Source of the DNA: a candidate division FCPU426 bacterium
Lineage (GTDB): Bacteria; Oederibacteriota; Muellerivitia; Muellerivitales; Muellerivitaceae
Assembly: GCA_963847625.1 (NCBI GenBank)
Contig: CAWKAR010000040.1
Location: 1 to 64,000 of the forward strand
Length of the DNA: 64,000 nt
Reading direction: 5' to 3'
A model generated the notes under the pieces. That model was not told where the DNA came from, ran no database searches, and worked only from the letters and a program-made list of their open reading frames with translations. Below, in pieces: positions 40,661 through 51,245 of this stretch. Within the stretch, counting starts at the first letter, position 1; the number at the start of each line of letters is the position of its first letter. The position numbers were made by a program, and so were the translations under genes.

Positions 40661-41731
40661 TCACCGGCTTAATAATATTTTAAACCGGTCAATGAGTTTG
40701 ATGGGTGTCGGGTCAACTCCTTTTAAAAAGGCAAGATATACACTCGCAAAGTCACCCAAATAAAGAACAGACAACATTTGTGCCAACAGTGATTTTCCCT
40801 GGGCATTTACTTCCATAACACCCGCCGTTCTGGTTTTGACGATTTCCCTCAGGATATCGAATCGTCTTTTAATTTGCGGATGATCCATTTGGGGATGCCG
40901 GAGGAAAATAATGGCCATACTCTTTGTTAGAAAATTTTTTGCGCTGAATCCCAGTACCTCGTTGTGATTCATTTCTGGAATGACGTTTGATATGGCAATC
41001 TGCTTGGAATTTTCATTGAATTGGCATTTCCATCTTAATGCCACGGAATCCAAGTGATCCTGGCCCGAATAAATGACGGGCAATTTCCCTTTAAGAAATT
41101 TTGCTACCTGCTTGGCCTTGTTTTTTTTCGATGGATTTTCCAATCCATACTGGAAGGATAAATCCACTAACAGGTTCAACATTTCATTAAAATGGGAGTC
41201 CTGGTTTGGAATCAGTTTCAAAGATTCCAATGCGGTTAGCAGGGTAATAAAAGAATAGCCAAATGCGGCTCGTGGCGGAAGACCTCCAGGAACCTCGCAA
41301 TACGGGATTTCCTTTTTCCTGGCCTGGTTCATTAATTCACCGCCTGAGGAAACAACTAATATCCTCCTTTTTTTAGCGATGCATTTCCTAAAAACTGACA
41401 AAGTTTCTTCCGTATTGCCGGAATAACTGGAACAGATGACAAGTGTATCCTTTGAAACCCACCCAGGAAGTTCGTAATGCCGGTTTACTGAGAACGGAAA
41501 TTTTGCGCTTTTCCAAATCATTGTCCTTAAAATTTCACCGCCAATCGCTGAACCTCCTAGCCCGGAAACAACAACGCTTTTCATTTTCCCTTTGGGAAAA
41601 ATGGGTGGTTCGGCAAGGACTCTTTTTCTTGCATCCTGACAGTGAAACGGCAGATCCATGACTTTCTGCAACATTCCTTCAGAATCTAGTTCTTTGACTT
41701 CATTTATTTGATCGAGTAAAAATTCACTCAT
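40661..41731 (-). CDS. Bifunctional phosphoglucose/phosphomannose isomerase (SIS domains)
   Basis: GLGGSAIGG, SSYSGNTEET, SSGG, PPRAA, QFNENSK, PEMNHNE, GDFASVYLA...VDPTP. Confidence 0.92.
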   Translation of the reverse strand: MSEFLLDQINEVKELDSEGMLQKVMDLPFHCQDARKRVLAEPPIFPKGKMKSVVVSGLGGSAIGGEILRTMIWKSAKFPFSVNRHYELPGWVSKDTLVICSSYSGNTEETLSVFRKCIAKKRRILVVSSGGELMNQARKKEIPYCEVPGGLPPRAAFGYSFITLLTALESLKLIPNQDSHFNEMLNLLVDLSFQYGLENPSKKNKAKQVAKFLKGKLPVIYSGQDHLDSVALRWKCQFNENSKQIAISNVIPEMNHNEVLGFSAKNFLTKSMAIIFLRHPQMDHPQIKRRFDILREIVKTRTAGVMEVNAQGKSLLAQMLSVLYLGDFASVYLAFLKGVDPTPIKLIDRFKILLSR

Positions 41732-41892
41732 AGTTACTCCTGAAAAAACTTTTATTTTTGGATAAAACTAAATACTCTGATTATTAATTTTAAATTTATT
41801 TTTACCACTGCTTCGGAGTCCGAAGTTTTAATGATTATAAAATTGAACCGTTTATTAATTATGTATGGAATGAAAACTTTTGGGAATAAAGG

Positions 41893-44800
41893 TCATCGTA
41901 TGAAGATGATTCTTTTGACTTTCCGGTCGAAAGGCTCGGTCAGGTAGAAGATGTATACCCCGCTCGCGACCATGTCCCCGTATTTGTTGGTCCCGTCCCA
42001 ATAAAAGGTGATCTGGGAAGTCGCCGTCAGGTACCGGCTTCCCAAGGTCTTGATGTGCTCCCCCGCCGAGTTGTACACGGTCAATTCCAGGCTCCCCGGG
42101 TATTGGCTTGTCCCCACCGTGATGGATACCGTCTCCCCTCCCTGGAACACATTCTTGGTGACCGTGAATATGTCCGTTTCCGGCGTCCAGGTCGGTCCCG
42201 GTGTATCCGTGGAGGATGGTGTCAAGGTCACCGTCGGGCTGAAGAGAGGCGTCGCCGTGGGCGTGGCCGTCGCCGTCGGGGTCTTCGTCTTCGTGGAAGT
42301 GGAGGTGGGTGTGACCGTCCGGGTGGATGTGGGGGTGTAAGTGCGCGTCGGAGTCCGGGTCCATGTCGGCGTCCGTGTGACTGTCGGCGTATTCGTCTGG
42401 GTCCTTGTGTAGGTGATGGTAGGGGTCCTGGTTACTGTCGAGGTTAAAGTGGCGGTGGGAGTGTTTGTGACCGTAGGGGTGGCGGTCGGCGTGGAGGTCA
42501 AGGTTGGCGTTTTGGTAATCGTGTGTGTACTAGTCACCGTGGAGGTGTTCGTCGGAGTGTAAGTATCCGTCACCGTTGGGGTGTTGGTGGGTGTGTTAGT
42601 CACCGTCGGAGTGAACGTTTGAGTCCGTGTGTTGGTCACAGTAAACGTGCACGTCAGCGTGTAAGTATTCGTCACCGTCGGGGTGCTGGTGGGCGTGTTG
42701 GTAATGGTGGGAGTATTCGTCTGGGTCTTCGTATTGGTAACCGTAAACGTGGTGGTCACAGTGAACGTATTGGTCGGGGTGTAGGTATTTGTCACCGTCG
42801 GGGTGCTGGTGGACGTATTGGTAATAGTAGGCGTGTTTGTCTGGGTCTTCGTATTGGTAACCGTGAATGTGTTGGTCGGAGTATAGGTATTCGTCACCGT
42901 CGGGGTGTTGGTGGGCGTGTTGGTAATAGTAGGCGTGTTTGTCTGGGTCTTCGTATTGGTAACCGTGAATGTGTTAGTCACCGTGAACGTGTTGGTCGGG
43001 GTGTAGGTATTCGTCACCGTCGGGGTGCTGGTGAATGTGTTGGTCGGGGTGTAGGTATTCGTCACCGTCGGGGTGTTGGTGAATGTGTTGGTAATAGTAG
43101 GCGTGTTTGTCTGGGTCTTCGTATTGGTAACCGTAAAGGTGTTGGTCACAGTGAACGTGTTGGTCGGGGTGTAGGTATTCGTTACCGTCGGGGTGTTGGT
43201 GAATGTGTTGGTGATGGTGGGTGTGTTTGTCTGGGTCTTCGTATTGGTAACCGTAAAGGTGTTGGTCACAGTAAACGTGCACGTCAGCGTGTAAGTATTC
43301 GTCACCGTCGGGGTGCTGGTGGGCGTGTTGGTAATGGTGGGAGTATTCGTCTGGGTCTTCGTATTGGTAACCGTAAACGTGGTGGTCACAGTGAACGTAT
43401 TGGTCGGGGTGTAGGTATTTGTCACCGTCGGGGTGCTGGTGGACGTATTGGTAATAGTAGGCGTGTTTGTCTGGGTCTTCGTATTGGTAACCGTGAATGT
43501 GTTGGTCGGAGTATAGGTATTCGTCACCGTCGGGGTGTTGGTGGGCGTGTTGGTAATAGTAGGCGTGTTTGTCTGGGTCTTCGTATTGGTAATAGTGAAC
43601 GTGTTGGTCACAGTGAATGTATTCGTCGGAGTATAGGTATTCGTTACCGTCGGGGTGTTGGTGGGCGTGTTGGTAATGGTGGGAGTGTTTGTTTGGGTCC
43701 ACGTGTTGGTGATGGTAAATGTGTTTGTAATCGTGGATGTGTTTGTCGGCGTGTAAGTATTCGTTACCGTTGAGGTGTTGGTGGACGTGTTGGTAATGGT
43801 GGGAGTGTTCGTCTGGGTCTTCGTATCGGTAATAGTGAACGTGTTGGTCACAGTGAATGTATTCGTTGGAGTGTAGGTATTCGTTACCGTCGGGGTGTTG
43901 GTGGGCGTGTTGGTAATGGTGGGAGTGTTCGTCTGGGTCTTCGTATCGGTAATAGTGAACGTGTTGGTCACAGTGAATGTATTCGTCGGAGTGTAGGTAT
44001 TCGTCACCGTCGGGGTGTTGGTGGGCGTGTTGGTAATGGTGGGAGTGTTCGTCTGGGTCTTCGTATCGGTAATAGTGAAAGTGTTGGTCACAGTGAATGT
44101 ATTTGTCGGAGTGTAGGTATTCGTCACCGTTGGGGTGTTGGTGGGCGTGTTGGTAATGGTGGGAGTGTTCGTCTGGGTCTTCGTATCGGTAATAGTGAAA
44201 GTGTTGGTCACAGTGAATGTATTCGTTGGAGTGTAGGTATTCGTCACCGTCGGGGTGTTGCTAGGAGTGTTGGTAATGGTGCGTGTGTACGTCAGGGTCG
44301 GGGACAAGGTCAATGTGTTCGTGGGCGTCAAGGTTGGCTGCACCGTCGCCGTGTTCGTCGGGGTTACGGATGGGGACAAGGTCAATGTGTTCGTGGGCGT
44401 TAAGGTAGGTTGGATCGTCGCGGTATTCGTCGGCGTCACGGACGGGGACAAGGTCAATGTGTTCGTGGGCGTTAAGGTAGGTTGGATCGTCGCTGTGTTC
44501 GTCGGCGTCACGGACGGGGACAAGGTCAATGTGTTCGTGGGCGTCAAGGTTGGCTGCACCGTCGCCGTGTTCGTCGGCGTCACGGACGGGGACAAGGTCA
44601 AGGTGTTCGTGGGCGTTAAGGTAGGCATTACCGTCGCCGTGTTCGTGGGCGTCACGGACGGGGACAAGGTCAAGGTGTTCGTGGGCGTTAAGGTAGGCAT
44701 TACCGTCACCGTGTTCGTGGGCGTTACGGTTGGAGACAAGGTCAATGTATTCGTGGGCGTTAAGGTAGGTTGGACCGTGGCGGTATTCGTCGGCGTTTGG

Positions 44801-47800
44801 GTAGGAGTCACCGTCAAGGTGTTTGTGGGCGTCAACGTAGGCATTACCGTCACCGTGTTCGTCGGCGTTACGGTCGGGGTCACCGTCAAGGTGTTTGTGG
44901 GCGTTAAGGTAGGCTGAATCGTCGCCGTATTCGTGGGAGTCGTCGTCGGGGTCACCGTCAAGGTGTCCGTGGGCGTCAAGGTAGGCTGGACCGTCGCGGT
45001 ATTCGTAGGGGTTGGCGTAGGTGTCAAAGTGGGGGAATTGGTCGGCGTCAACGAAGGCACCACTGTCACCGTGTTCGTGGGGGTCGGCGTAGGGGTATTC
45101 GTCAACGTGTTGGTGGGGGTCGGTGAGGGGCTTGTGGTTGGGGTGTTCGTTGGCATGGCGGTGGGTGTGCGCGTGGGGGTGTTGGTCGGCGTGAGTGTGG
45201 GCTGGCTTGTCCCGGTCGGGCTGAGGGTCGGCGTTGGAGTGTTCGTCAGCGTGTTCGTTAGGGTGGGCGTGGGACTTGTGGTAGGCGTGGGAGTCAGGGT
45301 GGGAGTGGGCGTGCGGGTCGGCGTGTTCGTTGGGGTGGGCGTGGGTGTAATGGTAGGCGTGGGAGTCGGGGTGGGAGTGGACGTGCGCGTAGGGGTGTTG
45401 GTGGGGGTGTTCGTAGGCGATGTGGTCCCAGTCGGGCTAAGTGTCGGGGTAAGCGTATTTGTGGGCGTGTTGGTCGGGGTGGGCGTGGGGGTGACGGTAA
45501 GTGTTGGGGTCGGGGTAGGTGTGGACGTCCTTGTAGGCGTGTTGGTCGGGGTGGGCGTGGGGGTCGTTGTTGGGGTGGGCGTGGGTGTATTAGTGGGTGT
45601 ATTAGTATAAATATTCGTCGGGGTGGGCGTAGGTGTCGTCGTCGGGGTGGGTGTTGGCGTGGGGGTCGGCGTCCTTGTCGGCGTGTTCGTCGGGGTGGGC
45701 GTGGGTGTGATTGTCGGGGTCGGTGTAGGCGTGGGTGTGTTTGTGCGTGTGGGTGTGTTGGTGGGGGTGTTCGTGGGCGAGGTCGTCCCGGTCGGACTGA
45801 GGGTCGGGGTAAGCGTGTTCGTCGGAGTGTTGGTTGGGGTGGGCGTGGGAGTTGTCGTAGGGGTCGGGGTGGGGGTAGGAGTTGGAGTCCTTGTCGGCGT
45901 GTTGGTCGGAGTAGGGGTGGGAGTCGTTGTAGGGGTGGGCGTGGGGGTGTTGGTCGGCGTCCTTGTCGGCGTATTCGTCGGGGTGGGCGTAGGCGTCGTG
46001 GTCGGAGTCGACGTGGGCGTGTTTACGGGTGTGTTGGTTGGGGTATTCGTCGGCGTGGGCGTAGGGGTCGTCGTCGGGGTCGGTGTGGGAGTAGGAGTGG
46101 GCGTTCTCGTGGGGGTGTTCGTCGGGGTGGGTGTGGGTGTAATCGTCGGGGTCGGTGTGGGAGTAGGAGTGGGCGTTCTCGTGGGAGTGTTCGTCGGGGT
46201 GTTCGTAGGCGATGTAGTCCCGGTCGGGCTGGGGGTCGGCGAGTAAGTGTTCGTCGGTGTGTTCGTTGGCGTTGGCGTGGGGGTGATGGTAGGCGTCGGG
46301 GTCGGAGTAAGGGTTGGAGTCCTCGTCGGGGTGTTGGTCGGAGTAGGTGTAGGCGTTGTCGTGGGCGTCGGGGTCGGTGTGGGCGTAGGAGTCCTCGTGG
46401 GAGTGTTGGTCGGGGTAGGCGTGGGTGTTGTCGTGGGGGTGGGGGTAGGTGTGTTAGTGGGCGTCCTCGTAGGGGTGTTCGTCGGGGTAGGCGTGGGTGT
46501 TGTCGTGGGAGTGGGGGTAGGCGTATTGGTGGGCGTCGGTGTTGGAGTATTGGTCGGAGTAGGAGTAGGACTCGTTGTGGGCGTGGGGGTCGGGGTGGGC
46601 GTAGGAGTCCTCGTGGGAGTGTTCGTCGGGGTAGGCGTAGGGGTTGTGGTGGGGGTCGGCGTGGGGGTTCGGGTCGGCGTTGGTGTAGGGGTATTGGTCG
46701 GCGTCGGTGTTGGCGAAACTGTTGGGGTTGGCGTGGGGGTGTTCGTCGGTGTTGGGGTCGGCGTTCGGGTCGGGGTATTTGTGGGAGTATTGGTTGGCGT
46801 GGGGGTGGGTGAAACTGTCGGTGTTGGAGTCGGCGTTCGGGTCGGCGTATTTGTGGGAGTATTGGTTGGTGTGGGGGTGGGTGAGGTTGTCGGGGTCGGA
46901 GTTGGAGTCGGCGTTCGGGTCGGGGTATTGGTCGGCGTCGGTGTTGGCGAGACTGTTGGTGTCGGCGTAGGCGTGTTCGTCGGCGTGGGAGTGTTCGTCC
47001 GGGTCGGGGTATTCGTTGGGGTGGGCGAAACGGTCGGGGTCGGGGTTGGAGTCGGCGTTCGAGTCGGCGTATTCGTGGGGGTGGAAGTGGGTGTTGGAGT
47101 GGGGGTAGGCGAGTTGGTTGGCGTGGGGGTCGGAGTCCGAGTTGGAGTGTTTGTCGGGGTGGGCGTGGGTGACACGGTAGGTGTGGGAGTTGGCGTCCGG
47201 GTCGGGGTGTTGGTCGGTGTGGGGGTGGAAGTCGGTGACGGTGTATTGGTCGGAGTATTGGTTCGGGTCGGAGTGTTGGTGGGGGTCGGGGTATTGGTGT
47301 AGGTAAAGGTGAAGGTGGGGGTGTATAAGCAGGGAACGGGCACCGAAACCGAGTTGGAAGTCGCGGTTCCATGGTTGCTTCCACTTACCCAGGTCACGCT
47401 TGCGTTGTCAACAAAGGTTTGGCATTGGTTTCCCAACCAGTAATAATTCTCGGTATTCGCCAACATGGTCACGCAGTTATTACCCCCCCCGAAGGAAGAC
47501 CAATAGATTGTATTTGTGTTTACGTCCGGCTGGGCTCCTCCATAGTAGTAGCAAGCTCCGGTCGCGGTGGTGGGCCCAAATCCCCAACATGCCCATGCGA
47601 ATCCCGCGCTGGCAGGGAACCCGTCCGTGATCGTCACTCCCCCCGGTTGTGTCACTGGGCCGCCGGTGTTACAAGCCACTATTAAAAAAGTGGCTCCCAT
47701 TGTGTTGCCGGAAGCGGTAACCGCGGACACCAGGGATTTAGTGATGGTAAAATTCGGCGGTCCAATCAATGTTATAGGCGGGGGAATCGTCGTGGATAAG

Positions 47801-48414
47801 GTCTCGAAAAGCGCGCCTCCACAATTGCTGGTGCTGTAATCCCCATCAGAGGTGGAGGAGGTAAAAGGGACTTGCGCGCCGGTGACGGGGTTAAAGATGG
47901 ATTGGCCCCAACAGCATAGGCCGGAAGTAGTGCTGACGGACACAGGAGCAGTCCAGCCGGTGGTGGCGTAGTTGGTCGCGTACCAGTTCGTGGCGGGGGG
48001 GGTGGTCGGATTCCCAGCGCTGATGTAATCCAACGAGACGCCGGCGGTCCCGCTGGAAATTTCCGAATGCGTTCCGCCTGAACAGGTGATGTCCAGGTCC
48101 CAGGCCGAGTAAACGTTATTGCAGGCGGTGTTTTGGGTATAGACCGAGACATAGACTTTACTGCCGGTCAAAAGGGACGTGGGAACGGTGATGCAACCCG
48201 GCGGGCAGGTTCCGCTGCCATCCCAGTTGCAGTAGGCGACTTGTCCGATATAAACCCCGCCCACGTAGACCTGGGACCAATCGTCGCCGGCCACGCAGAT
48301 CTGCGCGGAAGTAGGCGTGCATTGGGCGTAAGATTTCGCAGGAGAAAAGCAAATAAAAACAAGGCCTGCCAACACAATTAAACTCGATATTGTCTTTAAA
48401 GACTTGATATTCAT
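41893..48414 (-). CDS. Giant secreted Thr/Pro-rich (mucin-like) surface protein, 2173 aa
   Basis: Signal peptide ending SYA|Q, Cys-rich N-terminal globular region, ~1700 aa of Thr-X repeats, C-terminal ~95-aa FlgD-Ig/T9SS-CTD-like domain; one uninterrupted frame. Confidence 0.9.
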   Translation of the reverse strand: MNIKSLKTISSLIVLAGLVFICFSPAKSYAQCTPTSAQICVAGDDWSQVYVGGVYIGQVAYCNWDGSGTCPPGCITVPTSLLTGSKVYVSVYTQNTACNNVYSAWDLDITCSGGTHSEISSGTAGVSLDYISAGNPTTPPATNWYATNYATTGWTAPVSVSTTSGLCCWGQSIFNPVTGAQVPFTSSTSDGDYSTSNCGGALFETLSTTIPPPITLIGPPNFTITKSLVSAVTASGNTMGATFLIVACNTGGPVTQPGGVTITDGFPASAGFAWACWGFGPTTATGACYYYGGAQPDVNTNTIYWSSFGGGNNCVTMLANTENYYWLGNQCQTFVDNASVTWVSGSNHGTATSNSVSVPVPCLYTPTFTFTYTNTPTPTNTPTRTNTPTNTPSPTSTPTPTNTPTRTPTPTPTVSPTPTPTNTPTRTPTPTPTNSPTPTPTPTSTPTNTPTRTPTPTPTPTVSPTPTNTPTRTNTPTPTNTPTPTPTVSPTPTPTNTPTRTPTPTPTPTTSPTPTPTNTPTNTPTRTPTPTPTVSPTPTPTNTPTNTPTRTPTPTPTNTPTPTPTVSPTPTPTNTPTPTPTRTPTPTPTTTPTPTPTNTPTRTPTPTPTPTPTTSPTPTPTNTPTPTPTNTPTPTPTTTPTPTPTNTPTRTPTNTPTPTPTTTPTPTPTNTPTRTPTPTPTPTPTTTPTPTPTNTPTRTPTLTPTPTPTITPTPTPTNTPTNTYSPTPSPTGTTSPTNTPTNTPTRTPTPTPTPTPTITPTPTPTNTPTRTPTPTPTPTPTTTPTPTPTNTPTNTPVNTPTSTPTTTPTPTPTNTPTRTPTNTPTPTPTTTPTPTPTNTPTRTPTPTPTPTPTTTPTPTPTNTPTNTLTPTLSPTGTTSPTNTPTNTPTRTNTPTPTPTPTITPTPTPTNTPTRTPTPTPTPTPTTTPTPTPTNIYTNTPTNTPTPTPTTTPTPTPTNTPTRTSTPTPTPTLTVTPTPTPTNTPTNTLTPTLSPTGTTSPTNTPTNTPTRTSTPTPTPTPTITPTPTPTNTPTRTPTPTLTPTPTTSPTPTLTNTLTNTPTPTLSPTGTSQPTLTPTNTPTRTPTAMPTNTPTTSPSPTPTNTLTNTPTPTPTNTVTVVPSLTPTNSPTLTPTPTPTNTATVQPTLTPTDTLTVTPTTTPTNTATIQPTLTPTNTLTVTPTVTPTNTVTVMPTLTPTNTLTVTPTQTPTNTATVQPTLTPTNTLTLSPTVTPTNTVTVMPTLTPTNTLTLSPSVTPTNTATVMPTLTPTNTLTLSPSVTPTNTATVQPTLTPTNTLTLSPSVTPTNTATIQPTLTPTNTLTLSPSVTPTNTATIQPTLTPTNTLTLSPSVTPTNTATVQPTLTPTNTLTLSPTLTYTRTITNTPSNTPTVTNTYTPTNTFTVTNTFTITDTKTQTNTPTITNTPTNTPTVTNTYTPTNTFTVTNTFTITDTKTQTNTPTITNTPTNTPTVTNTYTPTNTFTVTNTFTITDTKTQTNTPTITNTPTNTPTVTNTYTPTNTFTVTNTFTITDTKTQTNTPTITNTSTNTSTVTNTYTPTNTSTITNTFTITNTWTQTNTPTITNTPTNTPTVTNTYTPTNTFTVTNTFTITNTKTQTNTPTITNTPTNTPTVTNTYTPTNTFTVTNTKTQTNTPTITNTSTSTPTVTNTYTPTNTFTVTTTFTVTNTKTQTNTPTITNTPTSTPTVTNTYTLTCTFTVTNTFTVTNTKTQTNTPTITNTFTNTPTVTNTYTPTNTFTVTNTFTVTNTKTQTNTPTITNTFTNTPTVTNTYTPTNTFTSTPTVTNTYTPTNTFTVTNTFTVTNTKTQTNTPTITNTPTNTPTVTNTYTPTNTFTVTNTKTQTNTPTITNTSTSTPTVTNTYTPTNTFTVTTTFTVTNTKTQTNTPTITNTPTSTPTVTNTYTLTCTFTVTNTRTQTFTPTVTNTPTNTPTVTDTYTPTNTSTVTSTHTITKTPTLTSTPTATPTVTNTPTATLTSTVTRTPTITYTRTQTNTPTVTRTPTWTRTPTRTYTPTSTRTVTPTSTSTKTKTPTATATPTATPLFSPTVTLTPSSTDTPGPTWTPETDIFTVTKNVFQGGETVSITVGTSQYPGSLELTVYNSAGEHIKTLGSRYLTATSQITFYWDGTNKYGDMVASGVYIFYLTEPFDRKVKRIIFIR
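42480..44280 (-). repeat. Coding tandem repeats with a basic 120-bp (40-aa) unit, including a 334-bp exact duplication
   Basis: Near-identical sequence at 43801/43921/44041/44161; 42629-42962 identical to 43259-43592. Confidence 0.92.
44290..45070 (-). repeat. Coding tandem repeats with a 72-bp (24-aa) unit [24 protein letters not shown]
   Basis: GGGACAAGGTCAA recurs at 44301, 44373, 44445, 44517 and beyond. Confidence 0.9.
45070..47320 (-). repeat. Low-complexity (Pro-Thr)n coding region
   Basis: Irregular [16 protein letters not shown] repeats with variable third codon positions. Confidence 0.9.
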
Positions 48415-48771
48415 TTAATCCCAATTTCAAAGGGTTAAGAAAAGCTAAAAAAGCTCAAATTATACTTAAAACGATTTTGAGCCTTGTATTATTTACTAAA
48501 TTTTATCGCTTTTTTAAAAAATATTGACAGGTAATTCAAGAATCTTTGATTAAAACCTTTTATTTAAACAATGGCACGAATTTAAGGGTTTTTTCTGTTT
48601 TTAAAATCCCCGCCTGCCTAAAAACTTCTCTAAATATCCCGGGGTTTGGGATCTGGGGTTTTCAAATTGCCGAACCTGCCAATAACATTACTGCCATACG
48701 TGTTAGAAGCCCTTTGGATTTCGATACCATGGCTTCCTGTTTTTGGCATCGGGCTTGGATGGGTTGGGCCG

Positions 48772-49521
48772 CTATTCCAGGCCCAATTCCTTTTTGAGAT
48801 CCTCGAGCCGTTCCCGGCTTACCGGCAGCCGGGTGGAAACCTTATCGGATAGGACCGCGTGGTACTTCCGGTCCCCCTCATGCTCCAGTTCTTTCAGGAA
48901 ATCCAGGTTGATGATGGCGCTGCGATGGATCCTTAAAAAACGGTTAGGATCAAGCCTGAGGGCCAGGGTGTCCAGCCGGTCATCCACAAGCAGTTCCTGC
49001 CCTTCCACCAAAAGCAACGCGTAATGGTCTTTGGCGACGATAGCCGAAACTTTGGAGGGGTCAAAAACCTTGTATTTGTTGCCGCACTTGACCGCCATGC
49101 GCCTTCTCACCTGCCCTTCCCCCAAACTCCCCGTCAGCCGGTTGAGGTTGTCAGAAAGCGGAGGCTTCAAGCGTTTACGCATCTTCTCGAGGGTCTCGGA
49201 TAGCCTTTCCGGAACCACGGGTTTCACTAGGTAATCCATGGCCGAAAGCTCAAAGGCTTTCAAGGCGTGCTCGCTGTAAGCCGTCACAAAAACCACCGCC
49301 GGCCCTCCTTCGCCTAGGGCCTCGGCCGTCTCCAAACCGTTGAGCTCGGGCATTTCAATGTCAAGGAACACCAAGTCCGGTTTCAGATCATGTACTGCTT
49401 GGAGGGCCTCCAAACCATTCGAAGCCTCCCCCACCACTTGGAGGTCCTTGAATTCGGCCAAAAGCCGTTTGAATCGGGTCCTGGCCGGAACCTCGTCGTC
49501 CGCGATGATAACTCGTATCAT
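48772..49521 (-). CDS. LytTR-family response regulator
   Basis: IADDE, VFLDIEMP, FVTAYS, DYLVKP; C-terminal FLRIHRSAIIN and LPVSR. Confidence 0.93.
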   Translation of the reverse strand: MIRVIIADDEVPARTRFKRLLAEFKDLQVVGEASNGLEALQAVHDLKPDLVFLDIEMPELNGLETAEALGEGGPAVVFVTAYSEHALKAFELSAMDYLVKPVVPERLSETLEKMRKRLKPPLSDNLNRLTGSLGEGQVRRRMAVKCGNKYKVFDPSKVSAIVAKDHYALLLVEGQELLVDDRLDTLALRLDPNRFLRIHRSAIINLDFLKELEHEGDRKYHAVLSDKVSTRLPVSRERLEDLKKELGLE

Positions 49522-50669
49522 TTTGCCTCCTGAGGGGAAAGCTCGCCGGAAACCGCCGGCATCGTCAAAACGACCATGGATCCCCCGTCTTTTCTGGATG
49601 ATATTTCCAACCGTCCCTCCCTGCCGTAACCCAATTCCAGCCGTTTTCGGGTGTTTTCCAGCGCCGTGCTAGAGCCTTTATAGGGGGACTGGCCGAATCC
49701 CACGCCGTCGTCCTCCACCCTCATCTCCAAATGCCCGTCCTGAAGGGCGGCCCCGATCCATATCCGCCCGCCGGCGGCTCGGGGAGACAGCCCGTGCTTG
49801 ACCGCGTTTTCCACCAATGGCTGCAATATGAGGACTGGCACCTGCACCTTCGCGGGGTCAAATCCCTCCCCGACTTCGAACTCCGCGGACAGCCTCGATC
49901 CGAAACGGACCTGCTCAATATCCAGGTAATCCCGGCAGAAATCCAGTTCTTCTTGGAGGGAGTGGCTGGTTTTCCAGGTAGCCGCCAAAATCCCTTGGTA
50001 AAGGGCGGAAAGCTTGACCACCACCTTTTCCGCCTTGGAAGGGTCGGCCGGGATCAAGGCCGCCACCGTGTTCAGGGTGTTAAAGAGAAAATGGGGGTTC
50101 ATTTGGTCCTTCAGTTTGGTCAAAAGGGCCTGAAGCCTTTCCTTTTCCAGTTCCTGCGCCCTCAAAAGGCTCTGGCGGGCAGTGTCGCGCAAATCCAGCC
50201 AGTTCTTAAAAATGAAAAGGACCAGCAAAAACAGCCACCCCCAAAAAATCGCGTCACTGTAATACTTCCATTGAAAGGTGCTGGGGATCGGGTCGCCCGC
50301 GAAGTAATAATTGATCCCTGCCACCATCAGGCGCAGGGCCACGAATATACCCGGAGGCACCAAGAATGCCAGGAGCAGCAAATACCACCCGATCCCGTGG
50401 CGGGGCGAATCCCGTTTTGCCCTTTTGGACAAAATTCCCTCAACCACAAGATAAGTTTTGACCATTCCCATCGCGAAAAGGACCACCAGGGTGGCCTCTA
50501 AAAAACTCCAGGCCCAGCGGAAAAGGAAGGAAAACAAGCTCCACTCGCCCCAAACCAGCGCGGCCAGAAACGTCCAAAGGGGGTTCCAGAAAAAAAGGAG
50601 TTTCAAGAAGGAAATCATGAATTCCTTCTCAAAGTCGAGAATAAATATTTTTCTAATACCCCGTCTCAT
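49518..50669 (-). CDS. LytS/YehU-family sensor histidine kinase
   Basis: Four TMs; LKDQMNPHFLFNTLN, LQPLVENAVKHG, VEDDGVG; ATGA overlap with the regulator. Confidence 0.93.
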   Translation of the reverse strand: MRRGIRKIFILDFEKEFMISFLKLLFFWNPLWTFLAALVWGEWSLFSFLFRWAWSFLEATLVVLFAMGMVKTYLVVEGILSKRAKRDSPRHGIGWYLLLLAFLVPPGIFVALRLMVAGINYYFAGDPIPSTFQWKYYSDAIFWGWLFLLVLFIFKNWLDLRDTARQSLLRAQELEKERLQALLTKLKDQMNPHFLFNTLNTVAALIPADPSKAEKVVVKLSALYQGILAATWKTSHSLQEELDFCRDYLDIEQVRFGSRLSAEFEVGEGFDPAKVQVPVLILQPLVENAVKHGLSPRAAGGRIWIGAALQDGHLEMRVEDDGVGFGQSPYKGSSTALENTRKRLELGYGREGRLEISSRKDGGSMVVLTMPAVSGELSPQEAK

Positions 50670-51245
50670 CTTGTCCCTTCCGATTGGACGGCCTGGTTCA
50701 TTCGAGAGAAATAATGTGTCGAATTTTAAAGGACTCCATGAATGACTTCATTAATCTTTTAACGAAAAACAACCGGACGGTGTCATATTCCTCGGGAACT
50801 AGGATTTCCCCATTTGCCCGCGGTCCTCTATTACTGTACCTCTTTTTATGACGCGCGAATCGGGGGAATCGTTGGTATCAAACCGGAGGAAATCACGGAA
50901 ACATGGGGATTTCGGCCTCCAGGCCCCGGCTTTTGCCGGGGCCCGGCCGATACCCGGGGTTTTGGCACCGGGTAAGGGTGCAGTCTTGCCCCCAAGCTTT
51001 AAAGCCGGAGGGTTAGGCTGCCAGCGATGCCCTATCAAGAAAGATATTCCAAACGAAGTTCCGGATTAAGGAAGTACTTACAAAAAGGCGGAAAAACCCA
51101 CCGAATGGACGTTTCAAATGATTAAACTTTGCCCATAAAATAAACAGTCCCCTAAAAATTCATTATTAAAGGGATATAATTCTTGGACCCATCAACTGAA
51201 AAAGATATTTATTTCAAAATTGATCGCGCATAAGGGAGTCATCGG

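Noticed and set aside
42480..44800. Regular repeats as a possible CRISPR array
   Set aside because: No unique spacers, units are multiples of 3 inside an ORF, and no cas genes.
42008..47302. Long plus-strand ORFs rich in VGVGVG or RRGVG
   Set aside because: Antisense shadows of the Thr/Pro codon repeats; no credible starts, and broken by stops while the minus-strand frame is continuous.
41855..47384. Alternative minus-strand frames (HQHPDGDEY repeats, Arg/Pro-rich ORF, 41855..42364)
   Set aside because: Frame-shifted readings of the same repeats with no independent coding signal.
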